Positions 18,661 to 29,533 of a stretch of 64,000 nucleotides of DNA are shown here, in pieces (position 1 is the stretch's first letter; each line of letters starts with the position of its first letter). The notes under the pieces are model-generated. The model saw only the letters and a program-made list of their open reading frames with translations, made no database searches and was not told the DNA's origin. This stretch comes from Acholeplasmataceae bacterium. GTDB lineage: Bacteria; Bacillota_I; Bacilli_A; Acholeplasmatales; Acholeplasmataceae. The stretch spans positions 608,001 to 672,000 of the forward strand of contig OY763415.1 in assembly GCA_963667565.1 (NCBI GenBank), given 5' to 3'. A program made the translations under genes and the position numbers.

Positions 18661-19258
18661 GTTTTTTTCGTCCTTTTAATTGGTTAATTTTACTGATGTC
18701 TCTTTTTTTCTCTTCATATTCAGTCATATAGTTGCTTATAGGTAGGTCATAAGTAATTTCAAAAATATCAAATGCCTGTTCGACTGTCTCAATGCTATCT
18801 AAGAAAAATGGAAGTACATCTGTTCTAAATTGAAATAAGCCATCCTCTTTTAATATAACCATATATTTTTCTAGAAATGATGGTGCTGTTAAACGTCTTT
18901 TATGATGTTTAGCTTTTGGCCATGGATCGGAAAAACTTAAATAGATGTGGTCAATAGCATTAGGTTCAAAATAATCAAGTAGATGATTTGCATCACCTAA
19001 AATGATGAGTAGATTATTTAATTTTAGCGCTTCTTTTTTTTCAACAATTCTATAGATTACTGACATATTAAGTTCAAAGGCAATGAAAAATTCATCCTGA
19101 TGGTCTCTAGCCAGCGAAGTAATAAACTGGCCTTTTCCACTACCAACTTCAAGATGAATCTTTTGATTGATGGGTAAATCAACTTTTTGAATATCAATAA
19201 TGACGCCTTTAGATTGCAAAAGTTCTTCTGTTACGAATTTTAGTTTTTTCTGTCTCAT
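18653..19258 (-). CDS. trmB: tRNA (guanine-N7)-methyltransferase
   Basis: LEVGSGKGQF, FSDPWPKAKHHKRRL, MTEYEEK. Confidence 0.95.
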   Translation of the reverse strand: MRQKKLKFVTEELLQSKGVIIDIQKVDLPINQKIHLEVGSGKGQFITSLARDHQDEFFIAFELNMSVIYRIVEKKEALKLNNLLIILGDANHLLDYFEPNAIDHIYLSFSDPWPKAKHHKRRLTAPSFLEKYMVILKEDGLFQFRTDVLPFFLDSIETVEQAFDIFEITYDLPISNYMTEYEEKKRDISKINQLKGRKKHA

Positions 19259-19303
19259 AAGCAGCTTAAAATGACAATAAAGTGATAGAAAAAATCTACC
19301 ACC

Positions 19304-19573
19304 TTAAGCAAGTCTTCCTAAACCTTCTGCAATAATAAAGTCACTTAATGAAGAGATGGCTTTTTCTGCATCATCACCTTCAGCAGTAATCACGATTTCT
19401 TCGCCTTTATAAATGCCTAAAGACATTAAACCCATGATTGATTTTAAATTAACTTTTTTACCCATTGCTTGTAATTCAATTTCAGAATCAAAGCTCATTG
19501 CTAAATTAACTAATCTAGTCGCTGGTCTAGCATGAATACCATATTCTGAAGTAATTAAAAACGTTTTTTTCAT
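19304..19573 (-). CDS. ptsH: Phosphocarrier protein HPr
   Basis: GIHARPA (His15) and NLKSIMG (Ser46). Confidence 0.96.
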   Translation of the reverse strand: MKKTFLITSEYGIHARPATRLVNLAMSFDSEIELQAMGKKVNLKSIMGLMSLGIYKGEEIVITAEGDDAEKAISSLSDFIIAEGLGRLA

Positions 19574-19575
19574 AT

Positions 19576-19935
19576 TTAAGCTCCTTTGCTCGTTAGAAAT
19601 TGATAAATTTCTTTTGCGTGTTCTTTAAATAGAATGGTCATTTTTTTGCCAGAAAGAAATGCTGGTATGTTTTGACTTGTAAAAAAAGATACATGAACTA
19701 ATTTTGTATCAACTAAGTTCAATTGAATTCTTTGTTGTTCTAATCGAACAAATTCTATATTACTAAACGTTCCAAGTGCTTCTAGTAACTCATTTAGAAA
19801 CGCCTCTGATACACTAGGTTTAACTTTCTTTTGACTCAATAATTTTATGCTAATAACGATTAATGCTGATAATAATAGAAATAGTGTTAAATAAAGCCAT
19901 AAATCGTTTGATATATTAATATTTATTAATAACAT
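19576..19935 (-). CDS. Single-TM protein with degenerate PTS EIIB-like domain
   Basis: [24 protein letters not shown] resembles the EIIB(Glc) ALGG..NI....C.TRLRL motif without the Cys. Confidence 0.55.
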   Translation of the reverse strand: MLLININISNDLWLYLTLFLLLSALIVISIKLLSQKKVKPSVSEAFLNELLEALGTFSNIEFVRLEQQRIQLNLVDTKLVHVSFFTSQNIPAFLSGKKMTILFKEHAKEIYQFLTSKGA

Positions 19936-19981
19936 TTTCTCACCTTAATTAAATTATACATATTTTTACATACGATTTCAA

Positions 19982-20998
19982 TTACTTGATGAACATCGAG
20001 TCACCAAAAGAGAAAAATCGATATGATTTTAAAACTGCTTCTTGATATGCTTTTTGCATAAGTTCTTGTGATGAAAAAGCACTCACAAGCATCAGTAATG
20101 TTGATTTAGGCAAATGAAAGTTAGTAATAAGTGCATCGCATGCCTTAAATTTATAACCAGGATAAATGAATATTTGTGTATCAAATGTACCAGGTGTAAA
20201 GCCATTTTGATAATTTGATTCCAAAGTTCTTACTGAAGTTGTTCCAACACAAATGATACGCTTATGAGATGCTTTCGCATCATTTAGTCTTATCGCACTT
20301 TCATTTGTGATAGTATATGTTTCTTTATGCATATGATGGTCTAATATGTTTTCTACTTGTACGGGTCTAAATGTACCTAACCCAACATTTAATGTAATCG
20401 GGATAATCTCTACACCTTTAGCTTTGATTTTTTCAAGAAGATCAATTGTAAAATGGAGTCCTGCAGTTGGTGCTGCTGCACTTCCTGGATCTTTTGCATA
20501 AACTGTTTGATAACGTTGTTGATCATCTAGCTTCTCGTGAATATATGGTGGAAGTGGCATGGTGCCTAATTGTTCAAGAACTTCGATGAAAATACCTTTA
20601 TAATCAAATTTGTAAGTTCTAATACCTTCTTCTTTAACATCTACACAAGTTGCAGTTAATAAGTCACCAAACTTAACTTTAGTACCTATTTTGACTCTTT
20701 TCGCAGGCTTTGTCAGTGCATCCCAAGTATCTTTACCTACAGTTTCTAACAATAAAACTTCAATCACAGCATCCGTTTCTTCTTTAATGCCCATAAGTCT
20801 TGCAGGAATGACTTTTGTGTTATTTAATACTAAGACATCCTTGTCTGATAATTCATCTAAAATATCATAAAAATGATGGTCTGTGATGCTATTTGTTTCT
20901 CTATTGATGATCATTAATCTTGAGTGATCTCTTTGATCTTCAGGATGTTGAGCAATCAAGTGTTCTGGTAAATCAAAATCAAAATCTTTAACTTTCAT
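19982..20998 (-). CDS. queA: S-adenosylmethionine:tRNA ribosyltransferase-isomerase
   Basis: [46 protein letters not shown]. Confidence 0.96.
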   Translation of the reverse strand: MKVKDFDFDLPEHLIAQHPEDQRDHSRLMIINRETNSITDHHFYDILDELSDKDVLVLNNTKVIPARLMGIKEETDAVIEVLLLETVGKDTWDALTKPAKRVKIGTKVKFGDLLTATCVDVKEEGIRTYKFDYKGIFIEVLEQLGTMPLPPYIHEKLDDQQRYQTVYAKDPGSAAAPTAGLHFTIDLLEKIKAKGVEIIPITLNVGLGTFRPVQVENILDHHMHKETYTITNESAIRLNDAKASHKRIICVGTTSVRTLESNYQNGFTPGTFDTQIFIYPGYKFKACDALITNFHLPKSTLLMLVSAFSSQELMQKAYQEAVLKSYRFFSFGDSMFIK

Positions 20999-22004
20999 TA
21001 TCAAATAATCCTTTATAATATTTAATGCCTAATGCTTCAAATGTTTTTTGAGTAGCAACTCTTCCTCTTGGTGTACGTTTAATATAACCTTCCATAAGCA
21101 AATAAGGTTCATAAACATCCTCAACAGTTGTGATTTCTTCTCCAATTGATGCTGAAATAGTTTCGATACCTACTGGACCACCATTAAATTTTTCTACGAT
21201 CGCACTTAAGTATCTGTAATCCGTATGATCTAATCCATTTTGATCAATGCCTAGTTTTGCTAGGGCATGGTTTGTAATGTTATCTGTGATGGTACCATCA
21301 CCAATAATTTCTGCAAAATCTCTAACGCGTCTAAAAAGTCTATTTGCGATTCTTGGTGTGCCTCGACTTCTTTTTGCAAGAGATACGACAGCATCCTCAT
21401 CAATCGGATTTTGATAGACATTTGCAGTTCGTGCAACAATTTGTTTTAATTCGGGTAACTTATAGTATGACAATCTAAAGACAACACCAAAACGATCTCT
21501 TAGTGGTGCTGATAAATCACCATATCTGGTAGTTGCACCAATTAAAGTAAATGGTGGCAAATCAATTCTAATTGAGCGTGAGGTTTGATCTTTTCCAATC
21601 ACGATGTCTAAGACATAATCTTCCATTGCACCATATAAGACTTCTTCAACAAATCTTGGTAATCGATGTATTTCATCAATAAATAATACATCACCTGGGC
21701 TAAGTGAACTTAAAACTGCGGCTAAATCACCGCTTCTTTCAATTGCTGGTCCACTGGTCACTTTAATTTGTACACCTAATTCGTTTGCAACAATTTGTGC
21801 AAGTGTGGTTTTACCAAGTCCAGGAGGACCATATAGCAAAATATGATCAAGTGCTTCTTCACGTTTAAGTGCAGCTTTAATATAGACATCAAGCATTTCT
21901 TTAATTTCGGGTTGTCCTACATATTGATCTAAGGTTTGAGGACGTAATGTTTGATCTTCATCTTCTTTTGTAGACATAGCTGTTACGATACGTTCTTTAT
22001 CCAT
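20988..22004 (-). CDS. ruvB: Holliday junction branch migration helicase RuvB
   Basis: [37 protein letters not shown]. Confidence 0.97.
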   Translation of the reverse strand: MDKERIVTAMSTKEDEDQTLRPQTLDQYVGQPEIKEMLDVYIKAALKREEALDHILLYGPPGLGKTTLAQIVANELGVQIKVTSGPAIERSGDLAAVLSSLSPGDVLFIDEIHRLPRFVEEVLYGAMEDYVLDIVIGKDQTSRSIRIDLPPFTLIGATTRYGDLSAPLRDRFGVVFRLSYYKLPELKQIVARTANVYQNPIDEDAVVSLAKRSRGTPRIANRLFRRVRDFAEIIGDGTITDNITNHALAKLGIDQNGLDHTDYRYLSAIVEKFNGGPVGIETISASIGEEITTVEDVYEPYLLMEGYIKRTPRGRVATQKTFEALGIKYYKGLFDNES

Positions 22005-22012
22005 AATGCCCC

Positions 22013-22570
22013 CTATTTAATCAGTAATTGCAATGCCTGTTTAATCATGTCTTCAACAGATTGTTCAGCATTTACTTTTTTCATCACTTTTCTAATTTCT
22101 GTTTTATTATATCCAAGAGCATTTAGTGCTTGAGTCACATCATTTTCTGCAGTAGGAAATAATGAGTCGTCTTCTGTAGCAACTAACTTCCCTTTTAAGT
22201 CAAGAATGATTTGTTGTGCACTTTTTGTTCCAATCCCTGGAAATTTAGTTAAAAATTTAACATCAGCATTTTCAATAGCAACGATTGTTTCATCGACTTG
22301 ATTTGCTGCAAGAATAGATAATGCACTCTTAGGTCCAATCCCTGACACACCAATTAATTTAATAAATAAATCTAGTCCTTCTTCTGAATTAAATCCATAT
22401 AATAAAATAGCATCATCTCTGACATAATGATGTGTATATACTAAGACGTCTTCATCAAGATGATAATGATATGGGTAAGGCGATAAAATTTGGTAGCCAA
22501 CATCATTATTTTCAACAACGATGTGTGTTGGTTTAATCGCTTTAATCTTGCCTTTTACATAAGAATACAT
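22013..22570 (-). CDS. ruvA: Holliday junction branch migration protein RuvA
   Basis: [26 protein letters not shown]; upstream of ruvB. Confidence 0.96.
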   Translation of the reverse strand: MYSYVKGKIKAIKPTHIVVENNDVGYQILSPYPYHYHLDEDVLVYTHHYVRDDAILLYGFNSEEGLDLFIKLIGVSGIGPKSALSILAANQVDETIVAIENADVKFLTKFPGIGTKSAQQIILDLKGKLVATEDDSLFPTAENDVTQALNALGYNKTEIRKVMKKVNAEQSVEDMIKQALQLLIK

Positions 22571-22677
22571 TGATTTTTCACCACTTTCAGAAATCTAAAA
22601 TTATTATATCATTTTTTTAGTCTTTTTTCTATCATAACATTTGATTATGATATAATGAATTTAGGACGAGGTTATAG

Positions 22678-25600
22678 ATGAATAAAGACAAGTTGAAATA
22701 CTTTCAAAACGAATTTAAATTGAGAGTAAATGACGAAAAACTTTATCAAGGTGTTTACAAAGTTTTTTCTCAAGAATTAAAACTATTTGAACCTTTCTTT
22801 GTAAAACAAAGTGATTTGGAGAAAAACCATCAATCGCTTTTTTTAGAACGTCTTGATCGCATTCATGAAGACCATCAAATATTATATGATAAATATCTAA
22901 AAGCAAATAACGTGATAGTCAGTAAAAATACGGAAGAAATTGAAGCACAACATCAATTATTAATACATAAACAAAATGAAATTAAAATTAAGTTTGATGC
23001 TGAACAAGAACAGATTATTAATGATCGTTTATCACTTAAAAAGAATGTTGAAGCACAAATTAATGATGCGAAGTTACGCATGCAAAGAGAAATATTTGAT
23101 TTTGAAAAACGTTATAAGACATATCGCGATGAAAATTTGAATATGGTCGATGATATTGAAAAAGAGTATAAAGAGACAGAAGAAAAATTAAAAGTTAATT
23201 TTGCTAAACAAAAAGCGCACTTAAGTACTCAAAAACAAGAAATCGATGTTGTTAAAACAGATTCTACTAAGTTAAAACTTGATGAGCAAGAACAACTGAC
23301 TAAACTTAATAATGATTACTATATCAGTATTAAGCAAACATTTAATGATACCAATGTCGCCATCAATCAAAAGATTAGCGCTTTAAATAAGTCTTATCAA
23401 AGTTCTATATCTAAGTTAGATAAAGAACTTGATAAAATCAATCAACCTATTCTAGATAATATTAAAGAGTTAAAAGAAACTTATGAAAAGCGTGTTGACG
23501 AACTCAAAAATGAGTTCGCACTAAAACTTGAATCTTTTGATCAAGCTTTCGAGCAAGTGATGATTGATTATAAAGCTAAAAGAGAAAAGTTTATTCATGA
23601 ATCTGGTGAAGCCATCAGTATTTTTAATTCTAAATTAACCAATAGTAGAGAAACCATTGAAGCCGATAAGCTTTCTATTACACGTACCTATCGTGATATG
23701 ATGAAAGATATGGATGAAGTTGAATCTAAAAAGGTTTTTTCAGAAATGAAAAGAAAGATTCGAGCACTTGAACATGAATTAAACAATAACATTTTGCAAA
23801 CAAGAAAAGATATTAATAAAATGAAACGTGATCACCAAACACGTTTAACTGAGGAAGAAAATAAATTCATCTATGACAGATATGAATGGAGACTTAACAA
23901 ACTTATTCTTTCCAACCAATATCATCATAATATGAAAAAATTGGACTTAAATTTCCAATACAACTTAGAGTTTGCAAGACAAAAACATCAATTAAATAAT
24001 GATCATAATGTCGTGAAAAAAGAGATTATGGGTCATACTTTAAATCAAGATGCAACTCCACTTGAGACACAAATGATGATTCAAAATCTCATTCAAGAAC
24101 GTGAACTCAATTTACTTAATAATGATCAAGAGATTGCACTTAATGAGCTAAAGATTGAATTATTCAATATTGAGCATACCTATGATATTGCAGCTCAAGA
24201 ACTCAATTATTTAGAACAAAAGAATCAACTTGACTTAGATTCAGAGCTTTTAGTTCTCAATTCAAATGTTCAGTTAGAACTTGAAAAATCGAAAATTAAA
24301 CGTGAAGAAAATCAAAAAGATTATCAACTTAGAAAGACATTATCTGAAACTTCATTTAATAAGCAAAAATATATGCTTGATACTGAATATGAACTTAAAA
24401 ATGCAGAGTGGTTATATGCTGAAGACGTCTTAGATATTGAAACACAAGATAAACACTTTTATGCCAAACGCAAAGAAACACTTATGTATCAAAAACGCTC
24501 ATATTTCATGAGAGATGCTGATCTAAAGACAAAATCTCGTATTCAACAAAATGAAGCGATTAAAGAGATAAGAGTCTATGAGAATGATACATTAAATGAA
24601 TCACACACGATTGAGTCACTTACCAATATGTTTGTATTTGCTCATGAGCGCTTACTTGCATTTAAAAAACTTATCAATGATATTTATCATTTACCAGCAC
24701 ATCCTGAAGTATTTAAGAAACTTCTAATACTCGGCAAGGAATATATATTAGAAATCAATCAAATGCTTAATGAAGCCATTGATCAAAAAGAATTAAAGAT
24801 CATGTCTTATCTAGATAAACAAAAAAATGATATTTTTCATTACAAGCATGCACTAAAACATGAAACATACCAATATTTCTATCAAAATAATATTGATCAA
24901 TTTGACATTGATATTAATCGTTTTGAAGATGAAATTCTTGATTTAGGTAATTTCATTTTAGCTGAACAAGCAAGTATTGAAAAACATCAAAACTTTATCA
25001 ATCAATTAAATAAGATTGTCACACAATCAAAATCCGGCGTTTTAAATCATGATCCTTATGAGATTAAAGAAAATATCAAACTGATTAAACGTCATGAAAA
25101 AGCGATTAAAACAATTAAATATAAGATGCGAATTTATGAAAAAGAAATCAGTAAGAACCATCATTCAATTAATTTCTTATCCTATAAACGACAACATATG
25201 ACTAGACGTATGCGTTTAGAGGATTATCAATATAAAAAACGTCTTAAACACGGGGCTAAAGTCTACGATCGTTATGAAAAATCTTATCATAAGATGTATC
25301 AAAAGATGAAAAACGATTTATCTGTCTTTGTCCAAGGTGCACATTTATTAGAACACTTCATTAATCAAAAAGCTTACATTACTGAACAACAAATGAAGGA
25401 TCAAATGTATGTGTTTAATAAGAAAATTAGAGCATTTTCAGCCAACATCTTATTTATTCAAGAAAAACAGATAGCTTTAATTAAAGATTATTACTTAATG
25501 CATAGAGATAAAGAGGCCATCATCATCCAAGATATTAAAACGCATGAAAACCGCGCTTCTAAATTACTTAGACAAAGTGCAGAACTCTTTAGTCAATCTG

Positions 25601-26268
25601 TTAAGATGATGCTTAAAGAACAAGAAAAGTTAACGACTTCTTCTCTAAAACTTGCAAAACATAATTTTATTCAATCAACTAAACAAACTTTAAATCAAAT
25701 AAGTAAAGAATCGCTTAACTTTAAATCAATGATTCACGATCAAGAAGAACAAATTCATAAACTCACAAAACAAGTTGATCAACAACTCAATACAATTAAT
25801 CAAAATCAACATGAGATTGCATTACAATATTTAAATGATACTGAAGAAAAACGTCATCACTTAAATGAACTACATCAAAAGAAATTAAAAAATCTTTCAC
25901 TCATGTATCAAAAGAAAATTGATGATTTCATTCATTCTAATGAACAACTTGATAAGAAAAATCAACTTCTTTTATCTAAATTCAAGGAAAAAGAAAAACA
26001 AACACTCATCTTACACCATCAAAAACTCACACATATTAGTGAAAAAATTTCAGCTTCACACAAGAAAATGAAACATATGGAACAAACATATCAAAAGGAT
26101 CAAAGAACTTATCTTAGAGAACGTGATTATCATTTTAGAGAATTAAATGATGCATTAAGAAAACAAAACAAAATCACATCTTCTAAAGAACAAGTTTCAC
26201 TGAAGAAAGACTTAACTGAAGAACGATTGAGTTATCGATTCAAATTAAAGAAGCTAAAACTAGATTAA
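22678..26268 (+). CDS. Large (1196 aa) predicted coiled-coil hypothetical protein
   Basis: K/E/Q/L-rich, very few Pro/Gly, no TM, signal peptide or Walker motif; TGATATAAT extended -10 and GAGG RBS upstream. Confidence 0.8.
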   Translation: MNKDKLKYFQNEFKLRVNDEKLYQGVYKVFSQELKLFEPFFVKQSDLEKNHQSLFLERLDRIHEDHQILYDKYLKANNVIVSKNTEEIEAQHQLLIHKQNEIKIKFDAEQEQIINDRLSLKKNVEAQINDAKLRMQREIFDFEKRYKTYRDENLNMVDDIEKEYKETEEKLKVNFAKQKAHLSTQKQEIDVVKTDSTKLKLDEQEQLTKLNNDYYISIKQTFNDTNVAINQKISALNKSYQSSISKLDKELDKINQPILDNIKELKETYEKRVDELKNEFALKLESFDQAFEQVMIDYKAKREKFIHESGEAISIFNSKLTNSRETIEADKLSITRTYRDMMKDMDEVESKKVFSEMKRKIRALEHELNNNILQTRKDINKMKRDHQTRLTEEENKFIYDRYEWRLNKLILSNQYHHNMKKLDLNFQYNLEFARQKHQLNNDHNVVKKEIMGHTLNQDATPLETQMMIQNLIQERELNLLNNDQEIALNELKIELFNIEHTYDIAAQELNYLEQKNQLDLDSELLVLNSNVQLELEKSKIKREENQKDYQLRKTLSETSFNKQKYMLDTEYELKNAEWLYAEDVLDIETQDKHFYAKRKETLMYQKRSYFMRDADLKTKSRIQQNEAIKEIRVYENDTLNESHTIESLTNMFVFAHERLLAFKKLINDIYHLPAHPEVFKKLLILGKEYILEINQMLNEAIDQKELKIMSYLDKQKNDIFHYKHALKHETYQYFYQNNIDQFDIDINRFEDEILDLGNFILAEQASIEKHQNFINQLNKIVTQSKSGVLNHDPYEIKENIKLIKRHEKAIKTIKYKMRIYEKEISKNHHSINFLSYKRQHMTRRMRLEDYQYKKRLKHGAKVYDRYEKSYHKMYQKMKNDLSVFVQGAHLLEHFINQKAYITEQQMKDQMYVFNKKIRAFSANILFIQEKQIALIKDYYLMHRDKEAIIIQDIKTHENRASKLLRQSAELFSQSVKMMLKEQEKLTTSSLKLAKHNFIQSTKQTLNQISKESLNFKSMIHDQEEQIHKLTKQVDQQLNTINQNQHEIALQYLNDTEEKRHHLNELHQKKLKNLSLMYQKKIDDFIHSNEQLDKKNQLLLSKFKEKEKQTLILHHQKLTHISEKISASHKKMKHMEQTYQKDQRTYLRERDYHFRELNDALRKQNKITSSKEQVSLKKDLTEERLSYRFKLKKLKLD

Positions 26269-26270
26269 TT

Positions 26271-26300
26271 AAAAAGACAATCCGAAGATTGTCTTTTTTT
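26271..26300. terminator. Bidirectional terminator between the coiled-coil gene and obgE
   Basis: AAAAAGACAATC-cgaa-GATTGTCTTTTT. Confidence 0.88.
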
Positions 26301-27559
26301 TACTCAATAAATTCAAATTCGTATTTTAATATACGTACAGTATCGTGATTTTTACAACCTTTTTCTCTTAAGGCATCATCAACACCTAAAGTTCTTAACT
26401 GTCTTGAGAAACGCTTGATACCATCATCTTTGGTGAAATCTGTTCTCGCAAATAAAAGTTCAATTTTATTGCCAGTAATCTCATAGATACCATCAACTAT
26501 ATTAATTTCAAATGGTATTTCTTCTTTTTCTTCTCTAAATTGATATAGAACTTCATCATTAATATCTTCTTCGATGATTTTTGGGGCTTGTTTTAATGCA
26601 TCTAAAGTTAGATATAATAGTGGTTCTATATTTTTATTAGTGATTGCTGAAATACTGATGATTTTAGCATCAATTTTTGATTTTAGAGCCTCAAATTTTT
26701 CCTCTGCATCAGGCATATCTGATTTATTGCAGACAACAATTTGTGGACGCTCTAGTAATTTTTCATCATACATTTCTAATTCATGATTAATTTTTAGGTA
26801 ACTATCATATGGATCATCACTTGATAAATCGACTACATGTAAAAATACTCTACATCTTTCGATATGTTTTAAGAAACGGATACCTAATCCATGACCTTGA
26901 TGCGCATCTTCAATCAAACCTGGAAGGTCTGCCAAAACAAAAGATTCATCACCTACATAGACCATACCTAAATTAGGCTGTAGTGTTGTAAATGGATATG
27001 CAGCTATTTTAGGTCTTGAATTTGAGACAACTGATAAGAGTGTTGATTTTCCTACAGATGGATAACCAATCATCCCGACATCAGCAAGCACTTTTAATTC
27101 AACATGAATTCTAAAATATTCACCTGGATCTCCATTTTCAGCAAAAGCAGGTGCAGGGTTTTTATTTGTAGCAAATGCCATATTTCCTCTACCACCTTTA
27201 CCACCACGGGCAACGATGAGTTCTTCACCTTGTTTTGTTACTTCACCAAATTTAATGGTTTTATCTATATTATAAACGATGGTTCCTAAAGGTACTTTAA
27301 CATAGACATGTTCTGCATTTGCACCATGTTGACCTTTACTACGACCATTATCACCACTTTTAGCTTTGATGTGTCTTCGATATTGGAGATTAATGAGTGT
27401 TGATTCGCCTTCTTCACCTACGAATACGACGTTACCACCTTTACCACCATTACCTCCCCAAGGACCACCAAACTCTACATATTTTTCTCTACGATAAGAT
27501 GCCATACCATTGCCACCTTTACCACCGTAGACTTCAACACTTACTTCATCTATGAACAT
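26300..27559 (-). CDS. obgE: GTPase ObgE/CgtA
   Basis: Gly-rich Obg fold, GYPSVGKST, YPFTT, DLPG, NKSD, C-terminal OCT domain. Confidence 0.97.
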   Translation of the reverse strand: MFIDEVSVEVYGGKGGNGMASYRREKYVEFGGPWGGNGGKGGNVVFVGEEGESTLINLQYRRHIKAKSGDNGRSKGQHGANAEHVYVKVPLGTIVYNIDKTIKFGEVTKQGEELIVARGGKGGRGNMAFATNKNPAPAFAENGDPGEYFRIHVELKVLADVGMIGYPSVGKSTLLSVVSNSRPKIAAYPFTTLQPNLGMVYVGDESFVLADLPGLIEDAHQGHGLGIRFLKHIERCRVFLHVVDLSSDDPYDSYLKINHELEMYDEKLLERPQIVVCNKSDMPDAEEKFEALKSKIDAKIISISAITNKNIEPLLYLTLDALKQAPKIIEEDINDEVLYQFREEKEEIPFEINIVDGIYEITGNKIELLFARTDFTKDDGIKRFSRQLRTLGVDDALREKGCKNHDTVRILKYEFEFIE

Positions 27560-27597
27560 CTTACCACCTTACTTTCATAAAAAAAGGATAACATAGG

Positions 27598-27876
27598 TTA
27601 TCCTTCGTAAACTGAAACTTGTTTTCTGTTTCTACCGAGTCTTTCATATTTCACAGTACCAGCCACTTTAGCAAATAATGTATCGTCACCACCGCGACCA
27701 ACATTGTTACCTGGATGAACTTTAGTACCTCTTTGACGGTAAATAATCGCGCCTGCTTTAGCGAATTGACCATCTGAAAGTTTTAAGCCAAGGCGTTTAG
27801 ATTCAGAATCACGACCGTTACGAGTGGAACCTACACCTTTTTTAGATGCGAATAACTGTAATTGTAACTTTAACAT
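27598..27876 (-). CDS. rpmA: 50S ribosomal protein L27 with cleavable N-terminal extension
   Basis: [24 protein letters not shown]. Confidence 0.97.
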   Translation of the reverse strand: MLKLQLQLFASKKGVGSTRNGRDSESKRLGLKLSDGQFAKAGAIIYRQRGTKVHPGNNVGRGGDDTLFAKVAGTVKYERLGRNRKQVSVYEG

Positions 27877-27877
27877 G

Positions 27878-28192
27878 TTATCCCTCCTTCTTGATTTTTA
27901 TATATTTAGGATATTGATTACTTAAATCAGTAAGGCCATATGCTAGATTATCAAGCATCTTATCTAATAGATATTGATGTTTGTTAACTACCATGAAAAA
28001 ATAGCCTTCTTCAATTTCGTACTTGATATGATCAAGCACTTCTAGTTTTTCAAGAGCATTGATTGTCATAATGATCTGAGTTGATACGGATGCACAAACA
28101 ATGTCTTTGCCTGATTGATCATATGATGCATGTCCTGAAACTTCCATTTGGATAATTTCATTTTGATCATATTTCATCGCTACTTTAATCAT
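27878..28192 (-). CDS. prp: Ribosomal-processing cysteine protease Prp (YsxB)
   Basis: SGHA...DIVCASVS His/Cys motif; between rplU and rpmA. Confidence 0.92.
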   Translation of the reverse strand: MIKVAMKYDQNEIIQMEVSGHASYDQSGKDIVCASVSTQIIMTINALEKLEVLDHIKYEIEEGYFFMVVNKHQYLLDKMLDNLAYGLTDLSNQYPKYIKIKKEG

Positions 28193-28194
28193 AA

Positions 28195-28503
28195 TTAAAA
28201 TACGATTGATTCAATAACAAGCTTTGTATATGGTTGACGGTGACCTTGCTTTTTGTGATAGTCTTTTCTTCTCTTAAACTTATAAACGATAATTTTCTTA
28301 TCTTTACCTTGTTTAAGGACTTTAGCGAAGACTTTAGCACCAGCAACTACAGGTGTTCCGATTTGTGGTTTATCGCCACCAATCGCTAATACTTCTGTAA
28401 ATTCAAAAGTGTCTCCAGCTTCTACGTCTAATTTTTCAACGAAGATTTCTTGTCCTTCAACAACTTTAAATTGTTTACCACCAGTTTTAATAATTGCATA
28501 CAT
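28195..28503 (-). CDS. rplU: 50S ribosomal protein L21
   Basis: [11 protein letters not shown]...GHRQPYT. Confidence 0.97.
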   Translation of the reverse strand: MYAIIKTGGKQFKVVEGQEIFVEKLDVEAGDTFEFTEVLAIGGDKPQIGTPVVAGAKVFAKVLKQGKDKKIIVYKFKRRKDYHKKQGHRQPYTKLVIESIVF

Positions 28504-28529
28504 GTGTGTGTTACCTCCTTATTAGTTTT

Positions 28530-28588
28530 GAAGACTCACTATTGAGGTAGTCTTTAGACATTTCGACCTCTTCTATGTGGTACAACAT
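28530..28588 (-). ncRNA. L21 leader
   Basis: Minus strand GTTGTACCACATAGAAGAGGTCG...ACCTCAATAGTGAGTCTT; GAGGT/ACCTC stem and GAGTC tail, between promoter and rplU RBS. Confidence 0.7.
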
Positions 28589-28592
28589 AGAT

Positions 28593-28621
28593 ATTTTAAC
28601 GTAGTTAAGCGGAAAAGTCAA
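28593..28621 (-). promoter_or_regulatory. Sigma-A promoter of the rplU operon
   Basis: TTGACT - 17 nt - TAAAAT. Confidence 0.8.
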
Positions 28622-28634
28622 CAAAAATATATAT

Positions 28635-29456
28635 TTAATCGTTATTTTTAGGTTCTACTAAATTCGTGATGTTTTCAACTTTTTTCTCTTGTTTCGATCC
28701 TATTTCTAAATCAGGATATAAACTGAATAAATCTTTTTTATATTTTTGATCTAATTTTAATAGATAAATATCATGATGGATATGTTCACTGATGATAGAT
28801 ACCATTAATTGATTTTTAGTAAGTGTTGCTGACCAATGGCCTGATAAAGGGTTTTTATTAGCGACTAACACTTCCTTATGATCAATGACAATCATGAGTC
28901 TTGTCGCATCAAACGGGTCAAAATTACGCGTATATAAATGCATATTTAGATAGTTTACAGATTGCATTTGAAATGAGAATGCAAACACATCAATCCCTTT
29001 ATTTTCTTGAAATTTAAACGCGTCATCAAATAAAGACATATCTAGATCTGTATTGAGATAAATTTCACTTTGTGCACTATAAATAAGGGTTCTTGCTTTA
29101 CCAATGATTTCATCAAATCCATGGATGTTTAAGTAGGGTTCTTGGTCTACTTCAATAGGTATTTTATGAATAGCATCTTTAATATCTTTAATATGATTGT
29201 TATAGGTTATATTGAGATTAGAAAAAAGGGTTTCTGGAGCTTCTGCATAATAGAGTTCCTTCTCTCCTTGCTCTAATAGTAAATAACCTTTTTCAGTCAT
29301 ATGATTCATTACTGGATAAATTGATGATCTAGATAGATGTAGATTTTTTGCAACTTGAAATACAGTAACCCCTGGTGTTTTTAAACATTGAACATAAATT
29401 TTAGCCTCTTGCTCACTAAAATGTATGGATGTAAGTAATTTAATAATATCTTCCAT
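28635..29456 (-). CDS. TrmB family (sugar-sensing) transcriptional regulator
   Basis: N-terminal wHTH (FSEQEAKIY...LSRSSIY...KGY), C-terminal effector domain (RLMIVIDHKEVL). Confidence 0.85.
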   Translation of the reverse strand: MEDIIKLLTSIHFSEQEAKIYVQCLKTPGVTVFQVAKNLHLSRSSIYPVMNHMTEKGYLLLEQGEKELYYAEAPETLFSNLNITYNNHIKDIKDAIHKIPIEVDQEPYLNIHGFDEIIGKARTLIYSAQSEIYLNTDLDMSLFDDAFKFQENKGIDVFAFSFQMQSVNYLNMHLYTRNFDPFDATRLMIVIDHKEVLVANKNPLSGHWSATLTKNQLMVSIISEHIHHDIYLLKLDQKYKKDLFSLYPDLEIGSKQEKKVENITNLVEPKNND

Positions 29457-29498
29457 GTGACCCTCCGTTGTATGATTAATACAACGTTATTATAACAT

Positions 29499-29527
29499 AA
29501 AAAAAAGATGTGAAGATCACATCTTTT
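29499..29527 (-). terminator. Terminator after the nucleoside ABC operon
   Basis: A-run + AAAAGATGTGA-aga-TCACATCTTTT. Confidence 0.8.
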
Positions 29528-29533
29528 AATTGT

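Noticed and set aside
22678..26268. Possible SMC/SbcC or defence ATPase
   Set aside because: No Walker A/B, signature motif or hinge, and no partner genes.
27598..28192. L27 N-terminal extension with adjacent protease as a novelty
   Set aside because: This is the established Prp/L27 processing system.
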